Origin: an uncultured Clostridia bacterium
GTDB taxonomy: Bacteria > Bacillota > Clostridia > TANB77 > CAG-508
Assembly: GCA_944392675.1 (NCBI GenBank)
Contig: CALXXK010000002.1
Span: 1 to 35,765 of the forward strand
Direction of reading: 5' to 3'
DNA length: 35,765 nt
Position 1 is the stretch's first letter; the number at the start of each line of letters is the position of its first letter. A program made the translations under genes and the position numbers. Shown piece by piece: positions 8,195 through 17,761 of this stretch. The notes beneath the pieces are model-generated. The model had not been told where the DNA came from. It made no database searches and worked only from the letters and a program-made list of their open reading frames with translations.

Positions 8195-11100
8195 TTAACC
8201 TATTGGTCTTGGTACTGCTGTTGCTGGCATATTTTCATAAACTGGAATTACAAATTCAAATTCCCCATTTATTAATCCATTTTCTTTATATTCATTTGAA
8301 ATTCTTGCACCTTCATCATTTGCAGCTCTAATATTTTGCATGTATTGATTTTCAAAATATGGTGCATTTACAACATTGAATTTTTGAAAATATAATGTTG
8401 TTTGTCCTTTTGATAAATATCCACTATTCAAGAACCTTGCACTGTCTAATATACATGTCTCTGGAGTAAACCAATGCTTATCATATGCATATTTTGCTCC
8501 ATTTTGTATTATTTCTGCATCTGTACTTCCTGTAGCTCCTATATTAAATAAATTATATACTATTCTTCCATTATATGTATAGCCATTTAATGCACTGCCA
8601 TCATTTCCTTGTTCTTGCAACATTCTTGATACCAAATGATATGGGCTAACATTATATGTTCTTGAACTTGAAAGTATTGCATTTATAATACTATCTGTAC
8701 TAGATGTTGGATATTTAGTTAAAAAACTACCTTCTATCATGTTAGCTATATCATCATATGTTCCTGCAATTGATGTTAAATCTTGGAATTGGAATATATA
8801 AGTCTCATCCAAACTATTCCTTGGATCCATCATATATGCAATAGCTTCTCTTGATGCTCTACGCCATCCTGTTCCATATTCTGTATTACCATTTATCCAC
8901 TGATTTGTATTTTGTGTTAAGCTTTTTGGTTGCCCATTAACTAAAACATCTTCTCCATTTAATACTGCATTCCAATCTAATCCTGTATATTTTATTGTTA
9001 AAATCCAATTTGGATGTTGATTTTGAAGTTGTTGTAATTTTTGTTTAAAACCTGGATATTTTGATTCATCCATGTTTGTAAAATTTGATGTATTTTTCTT
9101 TTTAAATTTTATTGCTATTCTTATTTGGATTGCCTGTATTGGTAGACTAGCTCCTGTTGTTCCGGCTGTTAAACCATCTGATACCCAATCTTGCCATCCT
9201 TGTCCTTGAACATATGCTCTATATTCTATTGAATATCCATCTAATCCTTCTAACTCTATACGTATTGCTTCTAATCCCAAATTTTGTCCTATTATTCCAG
9301 CTACTTCTCCATCTTTTACAGTATCTCTCCATCCAATGTCTTTAACATGTGGTGTATATTTTATATGTGCGTTTTCATCTGCATTTATTAAATTTATTTT
9401 TATTCCTTCTAAATTTGAACCTATTGTTCCTAAAGTTCCTTCATTGCTTACAGAATTTGTCCATGTGTTATTTACATATCCACTATATTGTACTTTTGGA
9501 ACTACTGTATCTTCTGTTTTTACTATTCTTATCTGAATTGCTTGTATTGTTGTACTTTGTCCTTCTGTTCCTGCTGTCATTCCATCTACCGCCCATGCTT
9601 GCCATCCTTGTCCTCTTACATATGCTCTGTATTCTACTGAATATCCTGGTATTCCTTCTAAATTAATTCTTATTGCTTCTATTGCTTTACTTTGTCCTGT
9701 TACTCCACCATCTGAACCATCTTGTACAGTACTCATCCATCCTACATTGCTTACATGAACTTGATATTTTATATGTGCTGTTTCACTTGTATTTACTAAT
9801 TCTATTCTTATTGCTTCTAGGTTATTGCTTCCTTCTATTCCTGCTGTTTCCCCATTATGTGCATGACTCATCCAACCTACTTTACTTACATGTCCACTGT
9901 ATGCTATTTCTGGTTTTGATGGTTGTAATTCTTCTGTTTTTACTATTCTTATTTGGATTGCCTGTATTGTTGTACTTTGTCCTGTTGTTCCCGCTGTTAT
10001 TCCTTCTGATACCCATTGTTGCCATCCTTGTCCTCTTACATATGCTCTATATTCTACTGAATATCCTGGTATTCCTTCTAATTTTATTCGTACTGCTTCT
10101 ATTGGTTTACTTTCTCCTGTTGTTCCTGCTTGTGAACCGTCTTGTACATAACTTTGCCATCCTACATTACTTACATGTGCTTGATATTTTATATGTGCTG
10201 TTTCACTTGTATTTACTAATTCTATTCTTATTGCTTCTAAGTTTTCACTTCCTACTACTCCTGCTGTTTCTCCATTATGTGCATGACTCATCCAACCTAT
10301 TCCACTTACATGTCCACTATATGCTATTTCTGGTTTTGATGGTTGTAATTCTTCTGTTTTTACTATTCTTATTTGGATTGCCTGTATTGTTGTACTTTGT
10401 CCTGTTGTTCCCGCTGTTATTCCTTCTGATACCCATTGTTGCCATCCTTGTCCTCTTACATATGCTCTATATTCTACTGAATATCCTGGTATTCCTTCTA
10501 ATTTTATTCGTACTGCTTCTATTGGTTTACTTTCTCCTGTTGTTCCTGCTTGTGAACCGTCTTGTACATAACTTTGCCATCCTACATTACTTACATGTGC
10601 TTGATATTTTATATGTGCTGTTTCACTTGTATTTACTAATTCTATTCTTATTGCTTCTAAGTTTTCACTTCCTACTACTCCTGCTGTTTCTCCATTATGT
10701 GCATGACTCATCCAGCCTATTCCACTTACATGCCCACTATACGCTATTTCTGGTTTTGATGGTTGTAATTCTTCTGTTTTTACTATTCTTATTTGAATTG
10801 CTTCAATTGTAGTGCTTTGACCTGTTGTTCCTGCTGTTACTCCATCTGATACCCATTGTTGCCATCCTTGATTTTTTACATATGTTCTGTATTCTACTGA
10901 ATATCCTGTAATTCCTTCTAATTTTATTCGTACCGCTTCTATTGGCTTACTTTCTCCTGTTGTTCCTGCTTGTGAACCATCTTGTACATAACTTTGCCAT
11001 CCTACATTACTTACATGTGCTTGATATTTTATATGTGCATTTCCACTTGCATTTACTAAACTAATTTTTAAAGCTTCTAAATCATTCCCACTTCCTGCTA

Positions 11101-12070
11101 ATCCTGCTGTTTGTTCACTTTGAACAGAGTTCATCCATCCTACATTTCCTACATGGGCTTGATATGTTACCTGTGGTTCTTGCGTTTTTGCCTGCATTAA
11201 TAGATTTTGATCTGCTTCAGGAATTTGTTCTTCTTTCACAGTATTATCTACTACTTCATTCTCTGTAGCATTTTCTTCTTTATTTTCTGCATTATCATCT
11301 TTGTTTGCTTCTTCTTCATATACTTCAAATTTTACAGATATTGTTGTTCCTGCTAATTTACAATCTTCATCTTTTTCATCAAATATAATTAAATCTTCAT
11401 TCTCACCTATATTAGCATTTGTAGTATCAATAACAATTGCTGTTTTGTCTTCATTTAGACTTATACATGGCTCTCTTGTTTCATCTGATGAAATCAAATT
11501 AAATTTTGCATCTTCACCTATATATAACTTACTTTCTGGATTAAAAGCACTTTTTAAAATTTCTGGTAATTCTATTTCTTGTGTTTTTCCTTTAAGTATT
11601 TTTATGTTTTCAGTTTCTAGACTTGTATTTTTAATATGTACCTCTTCTAATTTTTCTAATTCATCTAATATTGCATAATTTGTAAAATTTCCTATTAAAT
11701 TAATCTTTTGCAAATTAGTTAAATTTTGAATTCCTTGTAAACTAATTCCTTCTTTATCTTCTTCTAGAGGTATTTCTTCGTTTTGTTCTTGTCTTGTAGC
11801 TACTTCTTCTTTATTTTTTTCTAAAAAATCTAATTCTAAATCTGTTATTTCTTCTATTTCTAAATCAGATAGTATTCCATCTTTATCAGTATCATAATTT
11901 TCTAATATATATTGACCTAATCTTTCATTTTCAAAACTATTTGCTGTTATTTCTTCTGCATTGATTTTTTGTGTTTCTTCTACTGCATTTACTATGTTTA
12001 ACATTGCTGGTAAATAAGATGAAAGTATTACAAAGATTATTAAAATACTTATAATTTTATTTTTTCTCAT
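8195..12070 (-). CDS. Secreted ChW-repeat protein with a C-terminal GH73-like N-acetylglucosaminidase (autolysin-type) domain and an N-terminal EF-hand/LRR-like module
   Basis: I chose the start at MRKNKIISIL (ATG at 12070, AAAGGAA upstream); the ORF-track start at 12100 has no RBS. There are 15 ChW repeats in 5 triplets, at about 9100..11170. The C-terminus carries RMLQEQGNDGS, VYNLFNIGATG and TLYFQKFN, resembling the catalytic Glu and YNxFGIGA motifs of GH73 enzymes. Confidence 0.75.
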   Translation of the reverse strand: MRKNKIISILIIFVILSSYLPAMLNIVNAVEETQKINAEEITANSFENERLGQYILENYDTDKDGILSDLEIEEITDLELDFLEKNKEEVATRQEQNEEIPLEEDKEGISLQGIQNLTNLQKINLIGNFTNYAILDELEKLEEVHIKNTSLETENIKILKGKTQEIELPEILKSAFNPESKLYIGEDAKFNLISSDETREPCISLNEDKTAIVIDTTNANIGENEDLIIFDEKDEDCKLAGTTISVKFEVYEEEANKDDNAENKEENATENEVVDNTVKEEQIPEADQNLLMQAKTQEPQVTYQAHVGNVGWMNSVQSEQTAGLAGSGNDLEALKISLVNASGNAHIKYQAHVSNVGWQSYVQDGSQAGTTGESKPIEAVRIKLEGITGYSVEYRTYVKNQGWQQWVSDGVTAGTTGQSTTIEAIQIRIVKTEELQPSKPEIAYSGHVSGIGWMSHAHNGETAGVVGSENLEAIRIELVNTSETAHIKYQAHVSNVGWQSYVQDGSQAGTTGESKPIEAVRIKLEGIPGYSVEYRAYVRGQGWQQWVSEGITAGTTGQSTTIQAIQIRIVKTEELQPSKPEIAYSGHVSGIGWMSHAHNGETAGVVGSENLEAIRIELVNTSETAHIKYQAHVSNVGWQSYVQDGSQAGTTGESKPIEAVRIKLEGIPGYSVEYRAYVRGQGWQQWVSEGITAGTTGQSTTIQAIQIRIVKTEELQPSKPEIAYSGHVSKVGWMSHAHNGETAGIEGSNNLEAIRIELVNTSETAHIKYQVHVSNVGWMSTVQDGSDGGVTGQSKAIEAIRINLEGIPGYSVEYRAYVRGQGWQAWAVDGMTAGTEGQSTTIQAIQIRIVKTEDTVVPKVQYSGYVNNTWTNSVSNEGTLGTIGSNLEGIKINLINADENAHIKYTPHVKDIGWRDTVKDGEVAGIIGQNLGLEAIRIELEGLDGYSIEYRAYVQGQGWQDWVSDGLTAGTTGASLPIQAIQIRIAIKFKKKNTSNFTNMDESKYPGFKQKLQQLQNQHPNWILTIKYTGLDWNAVLNGEDVLVNGQPKSLTQNTNQWINGNTEYGTGWRRASREAIAYMMDPRNSLDETYIFQFQDLTSIAGTYDDIANMIEGSFLTKYPTSSTDSIINAILSSSRTYNVSPYHLVSRMLQEQGNDGSALNGYTYNGRIVYNLFNIGATGSTDAEIIQNGAKYAYDKHWFTPETCILDSARFLNSGYLSKGQTTLYFQKFNVVNAPYFENQYMQNIRAANDEGARISNEYKENGLINGEFEFVIPVYENMPATAVPRPIG
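9961..10800 (-). repeat. Two tandem 420-bp units with 416/420 identical positions, flanked by diverged copies at about 9541..9960 and 10801..11220
   Basis: I compared 9961..10380 with 10381..10800 directly. The only differences are at offsets corresponding to 10295/10715, 10313/10733, 10322/10742 and 10376/10796. Both units encode the identical 140-aa ChW triplet. Confidence 0.95.
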
Positions 12071-12105
12071 GTTTAATATCATTCCTTTCAAAAGGTACAT
12101 ATATT

Positions 12106-15100
12106 TTATTTTTCTACTAATTTAATTTGAATTGCTTCTATTCTTTTTGATTCTCCTGTTGTTCCAGCTATTTCTCCATTTGACTTCCAGTCTTGCCATC
12201 CTATATCTTGTACATAGGCCCTATATTGAACATCGTATTTTGTTGTATCTTTTAATTCTATTCGAATTGCTTCTACTCTTTTTTCTTCTCCTGTTGTTCC
12301 AGCTATTTCTCCGTTTGATTTCCAGTCTTGCCATCCTACATCTTGTACATGTACTCTATATGATATTTCATTATTTTCTATATTTTGCAATTCAATTTTT
12401 AATGCTTCTATTCTTTTTGATCTATCTACTGTTCCTATTGTTTCTCCATCAACACCTTTATAAGACCAACCTATATCTTGTATATGTCCACTATATAGAA
12501 CTTTTGCAGTTTCACTAGGAGTTTTTGAACCTAAATAATTTTTCTTCTGTAGCTTTATTTCAATTGCTTCTATTCTTCTACTTTGGTCTGTTGTTCCTGC
12601 CATTTGTCCATTTGATTTCCATTCTTGCCATCCTATACCTTGTACATATACTCTATAGTCTACTACATATTCTGAATTTGTTGGAACATTTATTTCTATT
12701 GCTTCTATTCTTTTTGACTGTCCTGTTGTTCCTGCTATTTCTCCATTTGATTTCCAGCCTTGCCATCCTATATCTTGTACATGTACTCTATAAGATAAAT
12801 CTATATTTTCTAAGTTAGTTCCTAAATCAATTTTAATAGCTTCTATTCTTTTGCTTTCTTGCATAGTTCCTAATGTTTCACCGTCTTTTGCTGTTCCTGA
12901 CCATCCAATATCTTGTATATGTGCAGTATAATTTATGTTGCTATTTTGAACACCAGATGTTGTTCCTAAATATCTTGTTTTTTCTATTAATATTTCAATT
13001 GCTTCTATTCTTTTTCCTTGTCCTTCTGTACCTGCTGTTTCTCCGTTTTTTACCCAGTTTGTCCATCCTATGTCTTGTACATGAACTCTATATGTAACAG
13101 AATATTCATCCATTCCTTCTAATTTTATTTGAATTGCTTCTGTTCTTAGACCTGTTATACCAGCTGTATTTCCGTCACCTTTCCAATCCATCCATCCATA
13201 ATCTTGAACATGTACTCTGTATTTTATATGTTGATTTTCTGTTGCGTTTGGTAATGTTATTTTTATAGACTGTACTGCTAATCCTTTTCCAACTGTTCCA
13301 GATGTTTGATTTTGCTTTTTCCAAGTATCTTCCCAACCTTCATTTTGTATGTATGTTGTATATTGTAAACTGTCTGTTGTGTTATATCTTGTATTCATAT
13401 AAGCTACTCTTTGACTTACCCAGTTTTTTAAATAATCTATTTCTCCTTCATATGTAGCTTTTGGTGTATGTGATGTTGGAAGTTCTCCAGTTGTTCCTAT
13501 TACATCCCATCTTACAAAGTTCATATCTATAGATTTTTTCATATTTTCTATATAATTGTCTATCTTAGTTGTTGCTGTATTAAATACTGATTTTATATTA
13601 TTTTCATATTCTTCATTTAATAATTTAACAAATTGTTTATTTCTATATAGTTGTGTATACCAATTTGTTTTTGAAAATCTATATTTTTCTATATTTAAAG
13701 AGTAATCTACTGAAGGATTTGAACCTGCTGCTGTGTAGTTATGATATCCTAAAGCTGTATCATTATCCCATAATGGCCCTATATGAAGTACATCATTTGG
13801 TCCATCTTTATATACATATGTGCTACTAATAAATCTGTCTGGGTCTTCTGCAAACTCTATTAAGAAATAATATTTTAAAAATGATTCTATATCAATTACT
13901 TTGCTTATTTCGTTCCAATTTGGATTTTCTGCATATATTAAAGACTCAAATTGATTTATTGCGTTTTCAAATTCTTTTATTGCTTGTGTATGTTCTTGTG
14001 TTCCTTCATCTGAAACAGATTCTTTTACAACAAATGTCATCCCTGATATTTTACTTGTAAATTTATATTCTTCCTTCCATCCGTATGCTGCATCCATTTC
14101 GCATAATAGTCCTTTAGGATTTTCTAAATTCACTCTTGCTTCTCCTATGTCTACTTTATCACATACATAATAATTACCTAAAAATTCGCCATTTATGTAT
14201 AGATCCACAAATTGACCTCTTATATTAGCATTTGAACCTATTTCTTTTTGTAAATCACACATTAATGCATTTTTTACTAATGTTCTGTCTATATGATTTG
14301 CAAGTAATATCCATTTTTTACTTTTTCCACTTAATCCAAGTAGATTTTCTTTTTTGTCAAATTTTATTTGGTATGGTTTTTTATCATAATTCCAAGTTGA
14401 ATTTCCTCTACCTTTTAACTCAATTTCTTTATTGGTTATATTATATTCTGCATTAGATGCACCTACTACTTGTAATCTTGCTGGATATTTTTCATCTTTT
14501 GAACCACCATTTACTTCTTCTAATGTTGCATCATCTAAATTTATACATATACTTGGTATATCTGATTGCATTACTTTTATTGTATATTGCTTATTATCTG
14601 TAAATGTAATTGTTAATTGGTCACTAACTGAAAAGTCATTAGTTATGATTTTATTTTGTAAATCTACACTTCCAGAACTTATATTTGCAATATCTACTCC
14701 ATATGTGTAATTTATATTAACATTTGTTATATCTATTGCATTTGGTAAAAATAAATAATATATTCCATTTTTTAAGTATGTATTTATTTTATATCCATTT
14801 ATTTCTATTCCTGCATTAAATTCAACATTTGAAACTTGTTCTGCTTCTATATCTGTTGATTTATTTTCTATTACTTTATTTTCTTCTTGTATTTCTTTAT
14901 CTTCAGTAATTACTTTTTCTGTCTGATTTGTTTCTTCTGTATTATCTTCTTTTTCTTCTAAATCTTCAATTATGTTATCTTCTGTTTCATTTTGTATGGT
15001 ATTTTCGTTTTTTTCAAAAATATTGTTTGTTGTTTCTTCTGTTGTATTACTTCCTTGAGTATTATTTACATCATTATTGGTTACGTTTTCTTTTTGTTCT

Positions 15101-15243
15101 GTATTATCTGTAATATTATTTGTTATTTCTTTGTCAGTTGTATTATCATTAATATTCTCATTTGCTAATGCTACCATTGGTATTAATATATTTAATACTA
15201 ATATTAGTGTAATAAGAAAAGCTAAAATCTTGATTTTTTTCAT
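12106..15243 (-). CDS. Secreted CotH kinase-like domain protein with 9 C-terminal ChW repeats
   Basis: The signal peptide is MKKIKILAFLITLILVLNILIPMVALA, followed by an N/E/T-rich linker. The central region carries ELKGRGNSTWNYDKKPYQIKFDKK...KKWILLANHIDRTLVKNAL...FVDLYINGEFLGNYY, typical of CotH (PF08757-type). ChW triplets occupy about 12109..13375. Confidence 0.8.
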   Translation of the reverse strand: MKKIKILAFLITLILVLNILIPMVALANENINDNTTDKEITNNITDNTEQKENVTNNDVNNTQGSNTTEETTNNIFEKNENTIQNETEDNIIEDLEEKEDNTEETNQTEKVITEDKEIQEENKVIENKSTDIEAEQVSNVEFNAGIEINGYKINTYLKNGIYYLFLPNAIDITNVNINYTYGVDIANISSGSVDLQNKIITNDFSVSDQLTITFTDNKQYTIKVMQSDIPSICINLDDATLEEVNGGSKDEKYPARLQVVGASNAEYNITNKEIELKGRGNSTWNYDKKPYQIKFDKKENLLGLSGKSKKWILLANHIDRTLVKNALMCDLQKEIGSNANIRGQFVDLYINGEFLGNYYVCDKVDIGEARVNLENPKGLLCEMDAAYGWKEEYKFTSKISGMTFVVKESVSDEGTQEHTQAIKEFENAINQFESLIYAENPNWNEISKVIDIESFLKYYFLIEFAEDPDRFISSTYVYKDGPNDVLHIGPLWDNDTALGYHNYTAAGSNPSVDYSLNIEKYRFSKTNWYTQLYRNKQFVKLLNEEYENNIKSVFNTATTKIDNYIENMKKSIDMNFVRWDVIGTTGELPTSHTPKATYEGEIDYLKNWVSQRVAYMNTRYNTTDSLQYTTYIQNEGWEDTWKKQNQTSGTVGKGLAVQSIKITLPNATENQHIKYRVHVQDYGWMDWKGDGNTAGITGLRTEAIQIKLEGMDEYSVTYRVHVQDIGWTNWVKNGETAGTEGQGKRIEAIEILIEKTRYLGTTSGVQNSNINYTAHIQDIGWSGTAKDGETLGTMQESKRIEAIKIDLGTNLENIDLSYRVHVQDIGWQGWKSNGEIAGTTGQSKRIEAIEINVPTNSEYVVDYRVYVQGIGWQEWKSNGQMAGTTDQSRRIEAIEIKLQKKNYLGSKTPSETAKVLYSGHIQDIGWSYKGVDGETIGTVDRSKRIEALKIELQNIENNEISYRVHVQDVGWQDWKSNGEIAGTTGEEKRVEAIRIELKDTTKYDVQYRAYVQDIGWQDWKSNGEIAGTTGESKRIEAIQIKLVEK

Positions 15244-15332
15244 AGAACATCCTCCTTTTTTATAGTTATTATAAATGTAAAATATAAACTTTTTAAATTT
15301 TTAACCTGAATAGTTATAAATTATAAAATGTC

Positions 15333-17723
15333 TTAATATCTTTTATTACCTACATTTAAATCTACTCTACCATTAACGCCTGATACTGAACCATCACTTG
15401 TATATTGCCATATAGCATAATTATATTTAAAATCTGTTGGTTTTGATGTACTTCCTGTGTAATGTGCTACCCAAATGTCATATAAATTCAAATAAGAAAA
15501 TTCTAAATTATTATAAAACCAATCTCTACTTGCATACACCATTGGTGTATATCCAAGTACTTGAACTCTACTACAAAATCCAACTATGGCATTTGTTCTA
15601 GTTCTTTTATCTAATAAATCTGCTCTTCCTGGAGCTGAACCTTCTTTTCTTGCTCCTGAATCTTCAGTATCTATAACAATTGGATAATCTATTGTAATAT
15701 CATGCATATGTAATTGATCAATAACCCATTGAGCTTCTTCTTGTCCCTCTGATGAACTAATAGCTTGTGAGAAGAAATATACCCCAACTGGTATTCCTAC
15801 TGATTTAGCACCTTTTATGTTATTTAAAAATTGTGAATCCATTACTATTTTTCCTGTTCTATATCCTCTATATCCTATTCTTATTATTGCAAATTGAACT
15901 CCTGATGATTTTACTCCTTGCCAATTAATTGATCCATTATGTTCTGAAACATCAATTCCTTTATAGCTTCTATAATATTTTGGTACAATTCTAATTTTTA
16001 TAGCTTCAATTCTTTTTGATTCTCCTACAGTACCTGCAGTTTCTCCATCTATGTACCAACCACTCCATCCATAATCTTGAATATGTACTTGATATTCTAC
16101 TGTGTAGTCATCTAACCCATTTAATTTTATTTGAATTGCTTCTACTCTTTTTGATTTACCTTCTGTTCCAGCTGTTTTTCCATTCATTACCCAAGCTTGC
16201 CATCCTACGTCTTGCACATGTGTTCTGTATTGAATTGAGACATTACTAGGAACATCTTCTAAATTTATTCTTATGGCTTCTATTCGTTTACTCTGTGCTT
16301 CTGTTCCTGCCAAAAATCCTTCTGTAACAGCATCTTGCCATCCTATATCTTGTACATGTACTTGGCAATTTACTTCTGGTTCTAAAAGTTCTCTTCCTAT
16401 TTCTACAATTCTAATTTGTATTGCTTCTATACTTCTAGATTGTCCTGTGGTTCCTGCTGTTTCTCCGTTCTTTTTCCATTTTTGCCATCCATATCCAGAA
16501 ACATGAACTCTATATTCTATACTATATCCTTCTATATTCTCTAGTTTTATTCTTATGGCTTCTATTGCTTTACTCTGACCTGTTGTTCCTGCTTTTGCTC
16601 CATCTTTTTGGTAGTTTACCCATCCTACTTTTGCTACATGAACTTGATAACTAATATGTGCATTTTCATTTGCATCTTTTAAATTAATTTTTATTGCTTC
16701 TATACTTTTGGATTGTACTGTTGTCCCAGATATGTCATTTTCATTTACTTTAGATTGCCATCCAACTTTTCCTACATGTGATTGATATTGAACTTCTGGC
16801 TCTTTTATTAAATTTTCTGATTTTACAATTCTTATTTGAATAGCTTCTATCATTAAACTTTGTTCTGTTGTTCCTGCTATTTCTCCATCATTTTTCCATT
16901 TTGTCCATCCATCGCCTATTACATAAACTCTATATTCTATACTGTATCCTGGCATGTTAAGCAAATTCATTTTTATAGCTTCTATCCTTTTGGATTTTCC
17001 TTCTGTTCCTGCCAATTCTCCGTTACTTTTCCAACCTTGCCATCCTATATCTTGTACATATGCTTGATATTGAATACCATTTGTTTCATTTGAATTTGTT
17101 AGCTCTAAATTATATGCTTCTATTCTCTTTCCACTACCTGGTGTACCAAGAATCTCACCATTACCTACATAACTTGTCCATCCATAATCTGCTATGTGAG
17201 TTCTATATTGTATACTTACTTCTTCTTGCTCTATTGACATTTGTTCTATTTGATTTTCAATTTTCTGTGTTTCAATTTCATTTGTTTTATTTTCATCTAT
17301 TGCATTTTCATCTATTGTATTTTCTTCTATTTCATTTGATATAGTATTTGTATTATTTGTAATATTATTATTTATACTATTTGTTGTATTATTTATAGTA
17401 TTATTTCCATTGTTATTAGTTGTATTATTATTTGTTATATTATTGCTAGTATTGTTATTTTCAGAACTAGTATTATTGTTATTTGTATTATTTGTTTGAT
17501 TATTGCTTGTGTTACTACTGGTATTGTCAATGTTACTAGTATTTGTAGTGTTATTTGTGTTTTCTTCTATATCATTCACTTTTACTTCATTTTCTTCTTT
17601 ATTTGATACTATACTATTTTTTATTATTTCACTTTCTGCATAAGAACTTAAAACAAATGCTCCTAATATGTTGCTAATAAGAATTATTAATATTATACAT
17701 GCTAAATATCTTTTTTTGTTCAT
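15333..17723 (-). CDS. Secreted ChW-repeat protein with a C-terminal GH25 muramidase (lysozyme) domain
   Basis: It has a signal peptide, an Asn/Thr-rich low-complexity linker and 9 ChW repeats (about 15990..17215). The C-terminus carries GIDVSEHNGSINW, AIIRIGY, VGVYFFS, IVIDTED and IWQYTSDGSVSGVNGRVDLN, which are GH25 hallmarks. Confidence 0.85.
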   Translation of the reverse strand: MNKKRYLACIILIILISNILGAFVLSSYAESEIIKNSIVSNKEENEVKVNDIEENTNNTTNTSNIDNTSSNTSNNQTNNTNNNNTSSENNNTSNNITNNNTTNNNGNNTINNTTNSINNNITNNTNTISNEIEENTIDENAIDENKTNEIETQKIENQIEQMSIEQEEVSIQYRTHIADYGWTSYVGNGEILGTPGSGKRIEAYNLELTNSNETNGIQYQAYVQDIGWQGWKSNGELAGTEGKSKRIEAIKMNLLNMPGYSIEYRVYVIGDGWTKWKNDGEIAGTTEQSLMIEAIQIRIVKSENLIKEPEVQYQSHVGKVGWQSKVNENDISGTTVQSKSIEAIKINLKDANENAHISYQVHVAKVGWVNYQKDGAKAGTTGQSKAIEAIRIKLENIEGYSIEYRVHVSGYGWQKWKKNGETAGTTGQSRSIEAIQIRIVEIGRELLEPEVNCQVHVQDIGWQDAVTEGFLAGTEAQSKRIEAIRINLEDVPSNVSIQYRTHVQDVGWQAWVMNGKTAGTEGKSKRVEAIQIKLNGLDDYTVEYQVHIQDYGWSGWYIDGETAGTVGESKRIEAIKIRIVPKYYRSYKGIDVSEHNGSINWQGVKSSGVQFAIIRIGYRGYRTGKIVMDSQFLNNIKGAKSVGIPVGVYFFSQAISSSEGQEEAQWVIDQLHMHDITIDYPIVIDTEDSGARKEGSAPGRADLLDKRTRTNAIVGFCSRVQVLGYTPMVYASRDWFYNNLEFSYLNLYDIWVAHYTGSTSKPTDFKYNYAIWQYTSDGSVSGVNGRVDLNVGNKRY

Positions 17724-17761
17724 TTTTTTACCCCTTATATAAAAAATTTATTAACTCAAAG

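Noticed and set aside
9673-10812. A 379-aa plus-strand ORF, along with many other plus-strand ORFs (for example 4678..5205, 5374..5889, 12132..12518, 12525..12818, 7756..8076, 16016..16249).
   Set aside because: All lie antisense to well-supported minus-strand genes. They translate to Leu/Phe/Ile-rich low-complexity strings with no RBS and no recognisable motifs. They simply mirror the tandem ChW repeats, so they are shadow ORFs of AT-rich, stop-poor antisense frames.
9100-11170. Highly periodic direct repeats that could superficially resemble a CRISPR array or satellite.
   Set aside because: The period is 420 bp (about 140-bp sub-repeats) with no unique spacers. The repeats are in-frame coding ChW units inside one long ORF.
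15244-15332. Promoter-like TTAAAA-17-TATAAT upstream of the CotH-ChW gene, and similar AT-rich matches in other short gaps.
   Set aside because: The -35 match is poor, and such hexamers are abundant by chance in DNA this AT-rich. No terminator precedes it, so read-through from upstream is the simpler explanation.
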